Assembly: GCA_951406725.2 (NCBI GenBank)
Contig: OX597818.1
Location: 24,800,001-24,864,000, forward strand
Length of the DNA stretch: 64,000 nt
Reading direction: 5' to 3'
DNA from: Octopus vulgaris
Taxonomy: Eukaryota
The position numbers were made by a program, and so were the translations under genes. The notes beneath the pieces are model-generated. The model was not told where the DNA came from and made no database searches. It saw only the letters and a list, made by a program, of their open reading frames with translations. Numbering within the stretch: position 1 is the first letter of the stretch; the number at the start of each line of letters is the position of its first letter. Of this stretch, positions 1 through 12,800 are shown in pieces.

Positions 1-1049
1 CACAGGACGGCCTGCTGTGCTAACCTTAGATCGTAGAGTGACCCGTTGTGCTTGAGGAGACCTGTTGAGTCAAGTACATCAACACCAACATGAAAATAAA
101 AATATTTACTGAACTGCTAAGTTACAGGGACTAAACCAACATCAGTTGTCAAGCAGTGATGAATGACACACACACACACATATGTGTGTGTATATATATA
201 TACACACACATTATATATATATATATATGTATATATATATTATGGACTTACAGGTAGTCTTGTATGGCAGAACCAAAAGCAGCCTCGGAGGATTGATGTC
301 AAAATGTTAAACACAAGATTACAAGTTTTTATTTCCACTACTATATTGTATGGATCCCTGAGGTAAGGGACCTAACTCCGTCTGTTTTAGAATGCCTGAA
401 TAATTTGGAATACTAGTCTATAGGACTGCAGTTGAGTTTCTAGTGATAGTAGGTAGTGAATTAAGTACTAAAATAAATTTCTCCAATAATGTATAATAAC
501 CAAATTTTTGAAAAAACCATTCCACCTATGCCCAATGCTGAAAAATTTGTTGTAAATTAAAAACTACAAACCCTCTGTTTAGATGAAAATTCTCTCAATC
601 GTCAGGTGAGTGCAAACGGCAATGTTTTTTGCATAGCGAAATTGTTGGCTGCAGCAAGATGTGAGATGCCAGAGCTTTGACTTGGTCTCAATGATAAAGT
701 GCTCTTTGAGAGTACTGAAAGTAAGTTTTTACAGCATATTTTTTTATTGTCAGGTCTTGTACTACTGGTTTTGGAACTTAGCACTGTGAATGTGTAATCT
801 CTTTGCCAACACCCTTAAAGAAAGTAGTCTCCTTTTCTCACTTGAAAAGGTCTTTTCGTGAGATTTATATACAACCTCTCTTGTATGAGACTTTGTGCTA
901 AACTGGCTGCCAGATTAGCAACCAAAACAATGAAATTTGATACCCCATCACCTGCATTGCATTGTGCCTATGGCTAACATGCTTTCATTGGTTCAGTCCA
1001 CTTAACTATCAGTTTCCATCTACCAAATCCACTCACAAGGCTTTGATTA

Positions 1050-2008
1050 CACTGGGAAACAAATGCAAAAAAAATTTTTGATGCTTCATGTTTTAGACCT
1101 GATTTTAGATATGTTCAGTCCTCCAAATAAGAATATGTCCTTCATTTCTTTCTAGCAGCTCTACTTTTTGAGGTAATTTACAGCTGTCCACACATGAATC
1201 AGGGATAAGCTGCCAACGGTGTTATTATACAAATACTTGAATACTTATTTAAATACAATGCATATTTAAAATACTCTTTGTATTTAAATAAGTATTAAGG
1301 TATTTGCTAAATACATTAATTACCATCTGTGATTTTGTAATGATCCTGTCGGTGGCCTCTCCCAGATTCATTTGTGGTTAGCCATACTTGTCAATAAATG
1401 TACCCCTCACGTGCCTGTCACAGCTTTTCTGTGTAACATTATAGAGCATTTTGCTACCTTGGTGACATCTCTTCGCTTCCCACTGAGTCAGTCTGCCCCT
1501 GGCTTTGAGATTAAAAGGTTGGTATTGCATTTCCCTTCCCAGAATTCAAAAGGGTAGGCCCATCTTCCAAATTACTGTCAATATTTTTCTTTAGATTGCG
1601 CATTGTCAGCTGAATCATTCTTGGTATCTTTGTAGGCTACAAGGTATTTTACATGGCGCTTACTGATTCAGCAGAAACCTATTTCATAAACTTATTTTCA
1701 CTTTTGTCTGCTATTTATTTTTTCTCCCTTACAAGTGATAACATGTCTTCCTCGTGTAGAAAGTGTTTGAGTCATCCAGATTGCTTTTGTTACATTTGAG
1801 GAGAGCATACGTTCAGGGAACAAAGAAAATTCATTACTGATTTTATGAAAAGGGCATACTTAAGCTATTTCAAAATAGAACTAGGGGACCAAGATAAGAC
1901 ATGGGCTCCACACATTATCTGTAAAACTTGTAACGAGCACTTTCAGCAGTGGACAAATGGTATGAAGAAATTTCTGAAATTTGGTATACCTATGGTGTGA
2001 AGAAAACA
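1050..2008 (+). mobile_element. Chapaev3-like (CMC superfamily) DNA transposon left arm with a transposase pseudogene fragment
   Basis: tta|CACTGGG terminus. From ATG 1743: MSSSCRKCLSHPDCFCYI*GE...KRAYLSYFKIELGDQDKTWAPHIICKTC...LKFGIPMV*, a Chapa zinc-finger pattern with stops. Confidence 0.75.
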
Positions 2009-2701
2009 GAATATAATAGTCATTTTGTTACAGTAGTAGTTGCAATGTTCAAGTCAATAGCCTTATAGCCAATAAAGCCATTATAATGATTGCCATCATA
2101 GTAATCGTTTGTTCTGCTGCAAAGGTATTTGAAACATCTTACAAAGGTAGCATGTGGCATAGTAGTTAATATCTTGAATAATTTTGCTTTTTATACATTA
2201 AAAAAATAAGTACCTGCAAAGAGACTGTATTGAGTAATCAAATTAAACAAGTGTCTGTATATGTATATCACTTTTTGAAGTTATTTCTATAAAAATCAGA
2301 GCCAGCACTAAAAATTATTTTGTATAAGTCTATGTAAACAATGAGAGCACACCCAACCCATGAACCATCTATGAATACATTGCTTAAATAACCACTAAAT
2401 TTAGCAGTGTAACACAATTGGATATATTAATTTTACATATTAAACTCATTCCTGGCAACTGGTATGTAAATATCAATTGCTGGTAGGGACACAGTATTTA
2501 GTTATGCAATCACGATATAGTACCAAGTATATTAAAGGCTTATGAGTCAATACTGTGTTAGCAGTGTGATTCAGAGTTTCTATAGAAATTTGAGTCAGCA
2601 CTAAAAGTTACAATGTTCCGTATACAAATAGATCTATGTAAACAATATAATCAAAGACAGAAAAATAGGCAATGGGTGTATATGCATATTTCAGGAGTTA
2701 T

Positions 2702-3989
2702 TTCAGGGAGAAAAACTAGAAGTAGTTGATAGCTTCTGCTACCTAGGGACCAAGTCAGTAGCGGGGGTGGGTGTGCTGAAAGTGTAACTGCTAGAGTAAG
2801 AATAGCCTGGGCAAAGTTTAGAGAGCTCTTACCCCTGCTGGTGACAAAAGGCCTCTCGCTCAAAGTAAAAGGCAGACTATGATGCATGTGTACGTACAGC
2901 CATGCTACATGGTAGTGAAACTTGGGCTGTGACTGCTGAGGATTTACGTAAGCTCGCAAGAAATGAAGCTAGTATGCTCCGTTGGATGTGTAATGTCAGT
3001 GTTCATAGTCGACAGAGTGTAAGTACCTTGAGAGAAAAGTTGGACCTAAGAGGCATCATGTGTGCAAGAGAGACGATTGCGCTGGTATGGTCATGTGGCG
3101 AGAATGGACGAAGATAGGTGTGTGAAAAAGTGCCACACCCTGGCAGTTGAGGGGACCTGTGGAAGAGGTAGACCCAGGAAAACCTGGGTCGAGGTGGTAA
3201 AGCACGACCTTTGAACTCTAGGTCTTACCAAGGAAATGACCAGAGACCAAGACCTGTAGAAGTATGCCGTGCGTGAAAAGACCCGGCAAGACCAGTGAGA
3301 ACTATCAAAATCAAATCGTATATCAGAAAGCAGGGTTTAAGTGACCCATCCGTTTGTGTCTGCTGCCAGCCTCGTCTGGCACCCGTGTCGGTGATACGTA
3401 AAAGCACCATTCGCTCGTGGCCGTTTGCCAGCTCTGTCTGGCCCCCGTGTTGGTGGCACGTAAAAGCACCATCCGTTCGTGTTCGTTGCCAGCCTCGGCT
3501 GGCCCCCGTGCCGGTGACATGTAAAAGCACCGTCCGTTCGTGACCGTTTGCCAGCTCTGTCTGGCCCCATGTCGGTGGCCCGTAAAAGCACCATCCGTTC
3601 GTGTCCGTTGCCAGCCTCGGCTGGCCCCCGTGCTGGTGACACGTAAAAGCACTGTCCGTTCGTGGCCGTTTGCCAGCTCTGTCTGGCCCCGTAAAAGCAC
3701 CATCCGTTCGTGTCCGTTGCCAGCATCGCCTGGCCCCGTGCCTGTGACACATAAAAGCACCATCCGTTCGTGGCTGTTGTGCCAGCTCTGTCTGACACCT
3801 GTGCAGGTGGCACGTAAAAAACACCCACTACACTCGCGGAGTGGTTGGCGTTAGGAAGGGCATCCAGCCGTAGAAACACTGCCAAATCTGACTGGGCCTG
3901 ATGAAGCCTTCCGGCCTCACAGACCCCAGTTAAACCGTCCAACCCATGCTAGCATGGAAAACAAACGCTAAATGATGATGATGATGATG
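2702..3989 (+). mobile_element. RTE LINE 3' fragment (same family as 59993-62508) with an expanded 3' UTR repeat array
   Basis: Closely similar to 61290-61896 but with frameshifts; ends in (GAT)n. Confidence 0.92.
3346..3820 (+). repeat. Tandem array of 8 units of about 60 bp, alternating A/B types, in the RTE 3' UTR
   Basis: Recurrent CCATCCGTTCGTG..CCGTT(T)GCCAGC..CTGGCCCCGTG..GGTG(G/A)CACGTAAAAGCA; unit 6 is internally deleted. Confidence 0.92.
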
Positions 3990-4145
3990 CTTGCTGCTTC
4001 TTCAGCAGCACATCCAACCCATTAACCATCCACAAACACATTGGTTAAATAGTCACTAAATTTAGCAGTAACTTAATTGGATATACCAATTTTATAAATT
4101 AAACACATTCCTGGCAACTAGTACATACACATCAATTGCTGGTAG

Positions 4146-4354
4146 CAATGTGTTTATGGATGATTCAAGGGTTGGCTGTAGTACTGAAGAAGGAACAATA
4201 ACTCTCGAAATATGCACATGCACCCATTACTTATTGTTCTATCTTCAATTGCGCTGTTTACATACATGTATTCATATACAAAACCTTGTAACTTTCAGTG
4301 CTAGCTCAAATTTCAATAGAAACTGTAGAGTGATTGAATCGCACTGTTAATACA
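4146..4354 (+). mobile_element. 209-bp insertion flanked by a GGTAG duplication, with a decayed hammerhead-like core (Penelope/retrozyme-like)
   Basis: The empty site is visible in the paralogous local repeat at about 2471-2498; CTGAAGA at 4184 and GAAA at 4207. Confidence 0.55.
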
Positions 4355-4410
4355 GGTAGGACACAGTATTGACTTAAATATATTTCGTAGTAACTTATGG
4401 TTGCTTAGCC

Positions 4411-4777
4411 AGCCCACTTATGCATACCTTTCCTTCTTTCGACACAAAACTCTGCTTGCGAAGACCTGTTGAGGCAAGTGAAATCGGAATAGAAATCGCT
4501 CAAAAATCAATGGAAATTGTAGTTGTGATACCAGTGCTGGTGGCACGTAAAAGAACCATCCGAATGTGGCCGTTGGCAGTGCCGCCCTGACTGGCCTCCG
4601 TGCCGGTGGCACGTAAAAAGCACCTACTACACTCAGAGTGGTTGGCGTTAGAAAGGGCATCCAGCTGTAGAAACACTGCCAGATCAGACTGGGCCTGGTG
4701 CAGCCACCTGGCTTCCCAGATCCCAGTTGAACCGTCCAACCCATGCTAACATGGAAAGTGGACGTTAAACGATGATG
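4411..4777 (+). mobile_element. RTE 3' UTR fragment
   Basis: Matches 61930-62490, including GGTTGGCGTTAG.AAGGGCATCCAGC and the CCATGCTA.CATGG hairpin before the GAT tail. Confidence 0.88.
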
Positions 4778-4821
4778 AATGAAATACAGTATCCTTACCA
4801 GCAATTAATATATATATATGT

Positions 4822-5137
4822 GAAGGTGCATGGCTCAGTGGTTAGAGGGTTGGGCAACGATGAGATAACGATTGATTCCTAGACTGGGCCGTGTGTTGTT
4901 CTTGAGCAAGACACTTTTATTTCACATTGCCAGTCCACTCAGCTGTAGAAATGAGTTGCAGTGTGACTGGTTGTCAAGCTGTATTGGCCTTTGCCTTTCC
5001 CTTAAATAACATCAGTAGCATGAAGAGGGGGAAGCTGGTATGTATGGATGACTGCTGATCTTCCAACAAACAACCATGCCTGGGCATGTGCCTCGGAGGG
5101 TAACTTTCTAGGTACAATTCCATGGTCATCCATGACT
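4822..5137 (+). mobile_element. tRNA-derived SINE flanked by (TA)n
   Basis: A-box-like TGGCTCAGTGG, degenerate B-box, CTTGAGCAAGACAC and CAGCTGTAGAAATG core motifs. Confidence 0.65.
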
Positions 5138-5518
5138 ATATATATATAGGCTTTCATTCTATACATGCCAGCTCAACTTGATTCGTCTTTATTAGTCGAA
5201 AGATACCTGTTGTTCTTTTTATGTTGTTTGTAATTGTGTATCATGTTTGTCTTTGTTGCCGTACACATTCACTTACTTTCTCCCCAAAAATTTAATGCTC
5301 TTAGTTTAGATTTTTGGGGGCAGACAGATTTGAACAGTCTCAGTGTAACTGCCCGAAACTGTAAGGATAATTTGGTAACTTGACTGATGAAGAACTTGCG
5401 AATGACCCTGTCCTTGTTTTTTCCTGTCCGTTTTCACATTCTCTATCTGTTTTTTATTGTTGTCTGTTGTGCTCTTGTTCCATTTTTTGGATTTACATAT
5501 ACATATGATTGAAGGAGT

Positions 5519-5555
<37 letters not shown>

Positions 5556-6278
5556 CACTCTTATTAAAAATGCCTTCAACAGAAAAAATCTGAGACAAAA
5601 TTGAACAAAAACAAAATATAACTATTCAGGGGCATCACTTAAATAGTGCATTTTGATCGACAGAGAAAGCAGCAATTGAAGTTTTAATTATGAAAATATT
5701 CAGTTCATCTAATCAATTAAAGTATAATACAGATCAATTACAACTAGATGAACTGACCTACAGGACAACAGTGTATATTCCATTACTGATTCTATATTAA
5801 GAAACATCACTCTTACCAGTCTGTTGTAAATTAATATCTGGAATACATATTATTGAATTAAGAACTGCTGAATGTGTTTCATTCTCCTGTAGTTCAAATC
5901 ATAATATGGATACACACTGTAGAAAAACTTCAATAAAATCAATCAATATGACTGTTCACACATTAAGGGATGCATCTGATTAGGAAAAGTTTAGTAACTA
6001 ATTCATCTTTAACATACTTAGATAAATAAGAAAATAATGGAATTTGATAAAATGATATGAGGTGATAAAATAAAAATTTTGCTAGAATTTTTATGAAACA
6101 AAAATTTCTAATACGTCAAATTTTGTAATATAGCCTTGAAAATAGTTAATCTTTGGTTTTTAAGATACAAAATTGCAGTCCTTTGTTAGCAATCAAAGGT
6201 TAAGAAACTTTATTACTCGGCATGAATCACTACCTTTGTTCTAGATCATGTTAATGAAATTCTTTGAAAGTTTCTTAA

Positions 6279-6492
6279 CCCTTTCGTTACCAACCCGGCT
6301 GAAACCGGCTCTGAGTACAAATGTCTTGTTTTCATAAGTTTTGAATTAAAATCTTCCACCAAATCTTAGTCACAATTTATGTTCCTAACACTAGATTAAT
6401 GATAACTAAGTGATTTTACTAAATTCTTTGTTATATTTAAAGTAATTGAAAGAAACACAGAGCATCTCAAAATAAATACGGTAATGAAAGGG
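6279..6492. mobile_element. piggyBac-type MITE
   Basis: TTAA on both sides (6275-6278 and 6493-6496); 13-bp TIR CCCTTTC(G/A)TTACC. Confidence 0.88.
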
Positions 6493-7380
6493 TTAAGATA
6501 AAAGCTGATTAAATGCTCAGTGAAAGGAGAGCAACATTTAAGTATATGACTCTACTATATAAAAGTTTCTTTTATCATTGCACAAAAAAAAAAAAATCTT
6601 GAGAGGATTTGAATGGCCAACTTGTTGGCCATATCAGTTACATATTAATTGTTGCTATTTTGCTTTCTTAAAATAGTTTTCTGAATGTGTACTATTTAAA
6701 TCTCTATGGCAAGTGTAAAATTCTCCTAAAAATAAATGTACATAAACCAGACATCAGAAGTATGGTGGCACTTGTCTTAGAGCCTAAAAGCAGCACTCAC
6801 AAACAATATATTATATACTAGCTTTTTTTCACATAGGAAACTTTCAAAGAATTTCATTTCAATGTTGTTGATATCAAGTGATCAATTAGCAACGGTAGGA
6901 ATTAGTTTAAATGCGTTGTTCCTTTATGTTCGCGGTTTAAATTTTGCTGGGGCTGATTTCCCTATTCACCATTCTAGGAGCAAACATTCTAAGACGTTAG
7001 AATCAATAAAACTGACTGCTCTTCTTTACTTTAAATATTGGCCCTGTGTCTCAATATACTGGAATTAACATTATTGGCATCTGATTACTAATACAATAAT
7101 GGAATTATTTTTACTCTCCCTTACCAATTTAAGTTTTATAATGGTTGATAAATCTGAAAGATCTATGATTACACTTCTCAATTGTAGAATTTTAGAATAA
7201 ATACTGGAAAACATTGTTTTTGATGATGTTATTTCATGTTCATGTACACTTGCCAATCTAGGAATGGGGTGGATCCTGAAAATGCTAATAATTACATACT
7301 GCAAGAAAAACTTGACAGCTGGAAGCACTTTACACAGCTAACTGCTCAAACAAGAAATATTTCTTGTTTTATTCTTTTAA

Positions 7381-7552
7381 CCCTTTAGCATTTAAACCAG
7401 CAATATCTGGCCAAAATATTCTTCTTAAAACTGGCCAGATCCAGCCTCACTTCTACAATATTATTCTGAAAATAATCATGTTATTGAAATCTCAAAGGTA
7501 ATGCATGACTAATTCAAATCAATGTGAATAGAGAAATATGAATGCTAAAGGG
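7381..7552. mobile_element. piggyBac-type MITE, second family
   Basis: ttaa|CCCTTTAGCATT ... AATGCTAAAGGG|ttca; body resembles 33986-34402 and 38689-38907. Confidence 0.78.
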
Positions 7553-9699
7553 TTCAGAATACTGAGGCAAGATTATGAATTTTGCTTAATGACACAGCAC
7601 AAAGGTTATTAAAATTTGATTGCTACAACTTTAGTCTCACAATGAGTATGTAAAAATGTATTGAAAATTAAAATAAAAGAGTAAACAGTGCATTTATGTT
7701 GGAAATAGCATTAAACAAACATAGCTGAATAGAAATAACTAATTCTATCGAGGTGTTTGATGGTAAATCTACCAGAACCTTCACATGGTTTTTGCACATG
7801 GTCTTCACATAGATTTTGCTATTAATGACAGTTATTATTTTCAGAAGAAAAAGACAATTCACGATTGCTTTAGAATATTTAAGCTTGAGTTTGTTTATTT
7901 TATCAACTGGCTTAACAATCACTGATAAACTATAGCATACATCACTTTGCTTTTCTTTTGTAAGTACTCCACTGACTGAAGTTGCAGCAGCATAGTTCAC
8001 ATTAATGTGCTTTTAGATATTATCACTACAACATTTTGATAAATGATGAATAGGGACTAACTGGGAATAAAAGGGTCAAACTTTTGACCATTTTTCAAGT
8101 AGCCTGTAGTATAAAACAACACACAAAGAATGATATCATGTCTATGATAGAAAAAGACTGGTGAAAGACAATATCTGCTAAGAAACTAAAGGAATGCAGT
8201 AATGGTCCCAATAAAGAATCAGCCTCGCAAAATGGTTAGTGCAAAAATAAATCTGTTGTACTCAATGATAAAATAGGGAAGATCGAACAGACTGCTTCAG
8301 GACAAATCTTCAATAGCTGTATATAACAAAGTGATGCAGACCTGTGGAGAGAATGGATGAGAGATATGGTTGGAAAAAAAAATGCTGTACATTAGTCTTG
8401 GAAAAAAAAATATTAGAGAAACCTTATTGCAAAAAAATGGAAATGATAAGGAAGAAGTAATAATACTGACAGTTTAAAGAGCATGGGAGACCTGTTAAAA
8501 TGATGAGCATTTTAACAGAATTATACGTGATGGATAAAGCCGTTTCATTATTATTTGATGACAGGGTTTCCTAGTTAGAAATTGGGATTCAATTCTGACA
8601 TAATCAAATTTAATAATATTATGAAATCAATGGCTACCACACTTTCAATGCAAATAACATTGTAATCTTAGTGCTGACTACTAGTTATTAAATATTTAAA
8701 ATTCATCCAAGAACAAGTTTATTCCCAAAAGAATAACAAAAAAACACACACACACAACCAAACCAGAGAAAATCAACTTATTAGAAAAATACAGTAAAAC
8801 AATCATTATTAGTAAAGTTATTCCAACAAAAGGTATTTAAGGATTGGATGTGTCCTAGAAGTGTTGTTTACTTAGAAGAATAGTTAAATCATTATTTCTT
8901 GATATGTTAGGAAATTATTAAAAAAAAATCATGCTATATTATTATATGTAAAATAAATAACTAGTTATTAGCTGAACAAATTAAAAATCAATTCTACTAA
9001 ATGAAATACACAAAATTATCTTTCGAAGAGAAAAAAAATCCACATTTTATTATTTGTGAAAGCTTTATATGAATGGTAATTTTCAAATGATTAAAATAAA
9101 AATATAAAACAAATTTAAGAAAATCACATTTCTTCCATCCATCCATCCATCAATCTACTATTCCATGTTGTCATAGATTGAAACAAATGGGTTTATTGGT
9201 GTGATGCCCTCCTCTAATGTTAGAAATAAGACTTGTTTCTCATCTAGGTAATTAAGAAGCAAGTAGATGCACTTCGCCATAAGATATATCATGATACCAG
9301 AAATATAAATACTACACTGTCCCAAGAATTCTAACATTTATCAGCTGGATCATTTAGCAAAAATAAAAAGGCAACCCATAAGCTTAATTTATCACTTGCT
9401 TTGAACACTACCATTTTATTATTATTATTATTTTTTTTGGATAGACAGATCCACAACCTTATGAATTTTATTTGGCAGTATATAATGCTTATATATAAAT
9501 ACATACAGACACAAATGTGTTTATTTTTATGTATAGTTGTAAATAAACAAATCAAACATTAGATTTTAAAAATTCATTCAATACCTTTCTGTAGAATAAC
9601 ATATTTATTTCATTTTTACAGGGAAAAAGTAGACAGTTACTTTGAAGCATCAAACTTTCCCTTGTAAAAATATTACACACAAAAATGAATGTGTGCATA

Positions 9700-9702
<3 letters not shown>

Positions 9703-9753
<51 letters not shown>

Positions 9754-9875
9754 TACAAATAATATATATATATACACATACAAATAATATACAATATATA
9801 TATATAAATATAATATAAAAGCAATATATATATACATATATATATAGTATAATATCTATATATACATACACACAC
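9703..9875. repeat. (TA)n microsatellite and TA-rich low complexity (others at about 190, 5522, 22823, 35142, 35519, 46940, 48858, 49090, 52227, 52927, 53043)
   Basis: Direct observation. Confidence 0.95.
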
Positions 9876-12800
9876 ATGAAAGAGAATGAGAGAAGAGAGC
9901 GAAATTCACATTAACCATAACTGTTAATAGTTACTGCAACTGATATATAGTAAGAATATCACAGAAGCCATAAATATTCTAGGTTTCTTGTTGGAAAGCT
10001 CTGGAATATGTCAAATTTAAGGAAAAACTGGGACTTTATTTCCCTCCACCTCAGCCACATGTAACTAAAATGGAAAGTGCAATAAGGTTAAATGGCGTCA
10101 TTGGTAGGAACCTAGAGGCATACACAATGTACATTTGTTTTTATCAAACAAAAACATAACAGTGCTCAGTGCATGTTTATGGTGGGACTGTCTTGAGTCT
10201 GATGTGTAGTAATTATGTTTTCAAAACCATGCTAATATTTTTCATCCAATCTCCAATAACTGCAGTCATCTCAGTAGGTGAGTGGCTGATTAAAAAGCTT
10301 TCGGTAAACTAAAATCCTATACCCATACTGAACATGCATGCACACACACATACACCATTAAAAGGAAACTGTCTTCCTCCATAAGCAAGACAAGAAGGAA
10401 TAAAAGATAGTCTCTATGAAATCTTCAACATTCTTTTTTCATGATAACTTCATTACTAGCCAAAGAATAATATTGCTACAAACTCTTCTATTCAGAAAAT
10501 GGTGGAAATCTGTTTAAGGAAATAAAAATCTTTGGTAGAACCCTGATTAGGCTAATAATTGTACCATATGGTAATAATGTCATCTTCTGTACAAAATATC
10601 TACACATAGAGTGAAGAATTGTATTTGGGGGAAAGCATTAACAACAAATGCCTTCAGTTCATCAAATTCTCCAATAATCAGTGTAAAATGAGAAATATTT
10701 TTCATCTCAATCAATGCACTAATTTGTCAATTTATGAATATGATTAATGTACAAATTACTTTACAAATGAATTGGTAAGATGTAGTTAAATTACTGAACA
10801 TTCATTGTAAAAGGTTTAAATATTTTCAAGCATTCTTAAATAAATACAAAGAACGTGGCAAGTTTGGCACAATCAAATCAATAATATCTAGAAATATTGA
10901 AAACTGTGGGACAAACTCTTCAATAACTACAGCTAGGTCACTAATCTCAGCAACTTTAAGATAAACAAAATTATGAGTTTAAATTAAAATATACTTCTAG
11001 AAATCATAAGGTTGGAGATACGAGCTAAAAAAGGAATTATTCAGTACAACTCATAAAACACTATGTCACTAATAGGAAACCTTAAAAATATGAGAGTTGT
11101 CCAGTTCTAGGAGGCAGAGAAATTTGCTCAACAGAAATATATAACAGGGACAGACCAAAACTGACTACCCTGTTAAAAAATTCTTTCTTTATTTTTAAAA
11201 ATATACTAACTAGAAATTAACAGAAATGAAAGAAATAAAAAGGTACCAGACATGTTTCAGACAAAAGTTGGTTTATAGTACAGCTTTCTTTCAGGTCAAT
11301 TATTCCTGCAATTGTAGAAAAGTTTGTAAGTAAAAAAAAAAAGAAAGAAAGAAAACTGCAGTGGTGGTTGAGAAGCATTACAACAGCAGTAAGGCATGGT
11401 GTTATAGATGGATATGAATAAGAAAACAAAATAGTTGGCTTTTGAACTGCCAACATTGACAGCAAATTCCAAACAGTAAGCTCATATGGACAAAATATGT
11501 TTATTTATTTAAAAATTAATGATCCAATTATTTCTAATAATTTGTAGGTGTGATGCAAACCCAATCTACAATAGCAGGTGAAGATCCAGTCTGACTACAT
11601 AAATGTCAAGATATAATTGCACTGAGGCGGAAAGGGTCACAAAATAGTAATTGACCAAAAACAGATGTTTGCCATAATGGGAATGGCTGAAAATCAGTGA
11701 GCTGCAGAAAAGCTGCCAAAGCAAATATCACTGGACTGCTAGGAGAGAAATATAAATCTACATACATAGTCAGGGTTTGAATGGGGAGGGGAAATATTTT
11801 TCAAGTCTATTTACAAGAAGAAAAGCTGTTACATCCCAACTCTAAATGCATAGAAGGATGTAGATAAGCAGTAGGGAATGTCCTCAAATATTAGGAACAG
11901 AGTTATTTCAATTAATCAAAAAGTGGTAGGAATAGCGGAAGTGATCATCATGGGAGTGAGGGCAGCACTGAACAGGGTTAATAAAGCAGACTCACAGAAT
12001 AATCAACAGATTTTCCCAGTCTTTTATGGTAACATCTGCTAAACAAATGACTGGTAAATAATCTGTTGTCTCCACATTTCTTAAGAGCTTTGTATTATCA
12101 ATTTATAAATAAAACTATTACATCTGGAAAATTTTCAAAACAAATCAACTGCCACTTTCCACAATACAAAAATTAAGTTACCTGCTTTTTCTCTTTAAAT
12201 AAAAATTTAACTTCAGACTTTTTGTTTGTTTTTTCTTTTTTATTTTTCATGGTACATTAGACAAGAAATCTGGTGTTGCTGGGAGTAGATACCTATCATT
12301 TCATTTTTTGTTTTACTATTTGACTAGGTAAGCTTGAGTATTAAAAAAAAAGTAGTTCTAAATAAAGTTGACAGGGAGCAATAAAAGCTAATTTTCTTTT
12401 GTATAGTAACTGAAAATAACTGGCAGTATGCAGCAGTTTCTGCATTGTTCTAAAACAGGAGCAACTGACTGTGATATATAACAATATCTGCTTGCACTGT
12501 AGTGTAATCCAAACAATATCAAAGGGACATAATCAAAAGCCCCAAAGAAAAATAAATTAGAAAACTAACTCCCTGCCCTTGCTAAGTTTATTTGAAAAGA
12601 GAAAAAATGTAGATTCTTATAAATAAAGATCTTTTATAACATTTTTAATTATTGTTTTGAAAAGTCATATATTTAAAGACATTTACACACATTCACATAT
12701 TTATGAGTATGTACATGTCTAGATATGTACATGTGTGTATATAGCCCTTAAAAGCTATTTCTTGGAGAGATCAGCATTAACATTCTTCTGTCTTTTGTAT

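Noticed and set aside
3346-3820. CRISPR-like array next to a reverse transcriptase fragment
   Set aside because: The units are contiguous repeats with no unique spacers, there are no cas genes and the context is eukaryotic; this is a LINE 3' UTR array.
3225-3942. Overlapping 146-201 aa ORFs
   Set aside because: They are translations of the GC-rich tandem array; the same peptides recur at every RTE 3' UTR copy.
5340-5410. CTGATGA and CGAAA as another hammerhead
   Set aside because: The motif order and flanking stems do not give a valid three-way junction.
9552-9877. YIYIYI-type ORFs here and at 163, 22743, 52125, 52927 and 53001
   Set aside because: Translations of (TA)n microsatellites.
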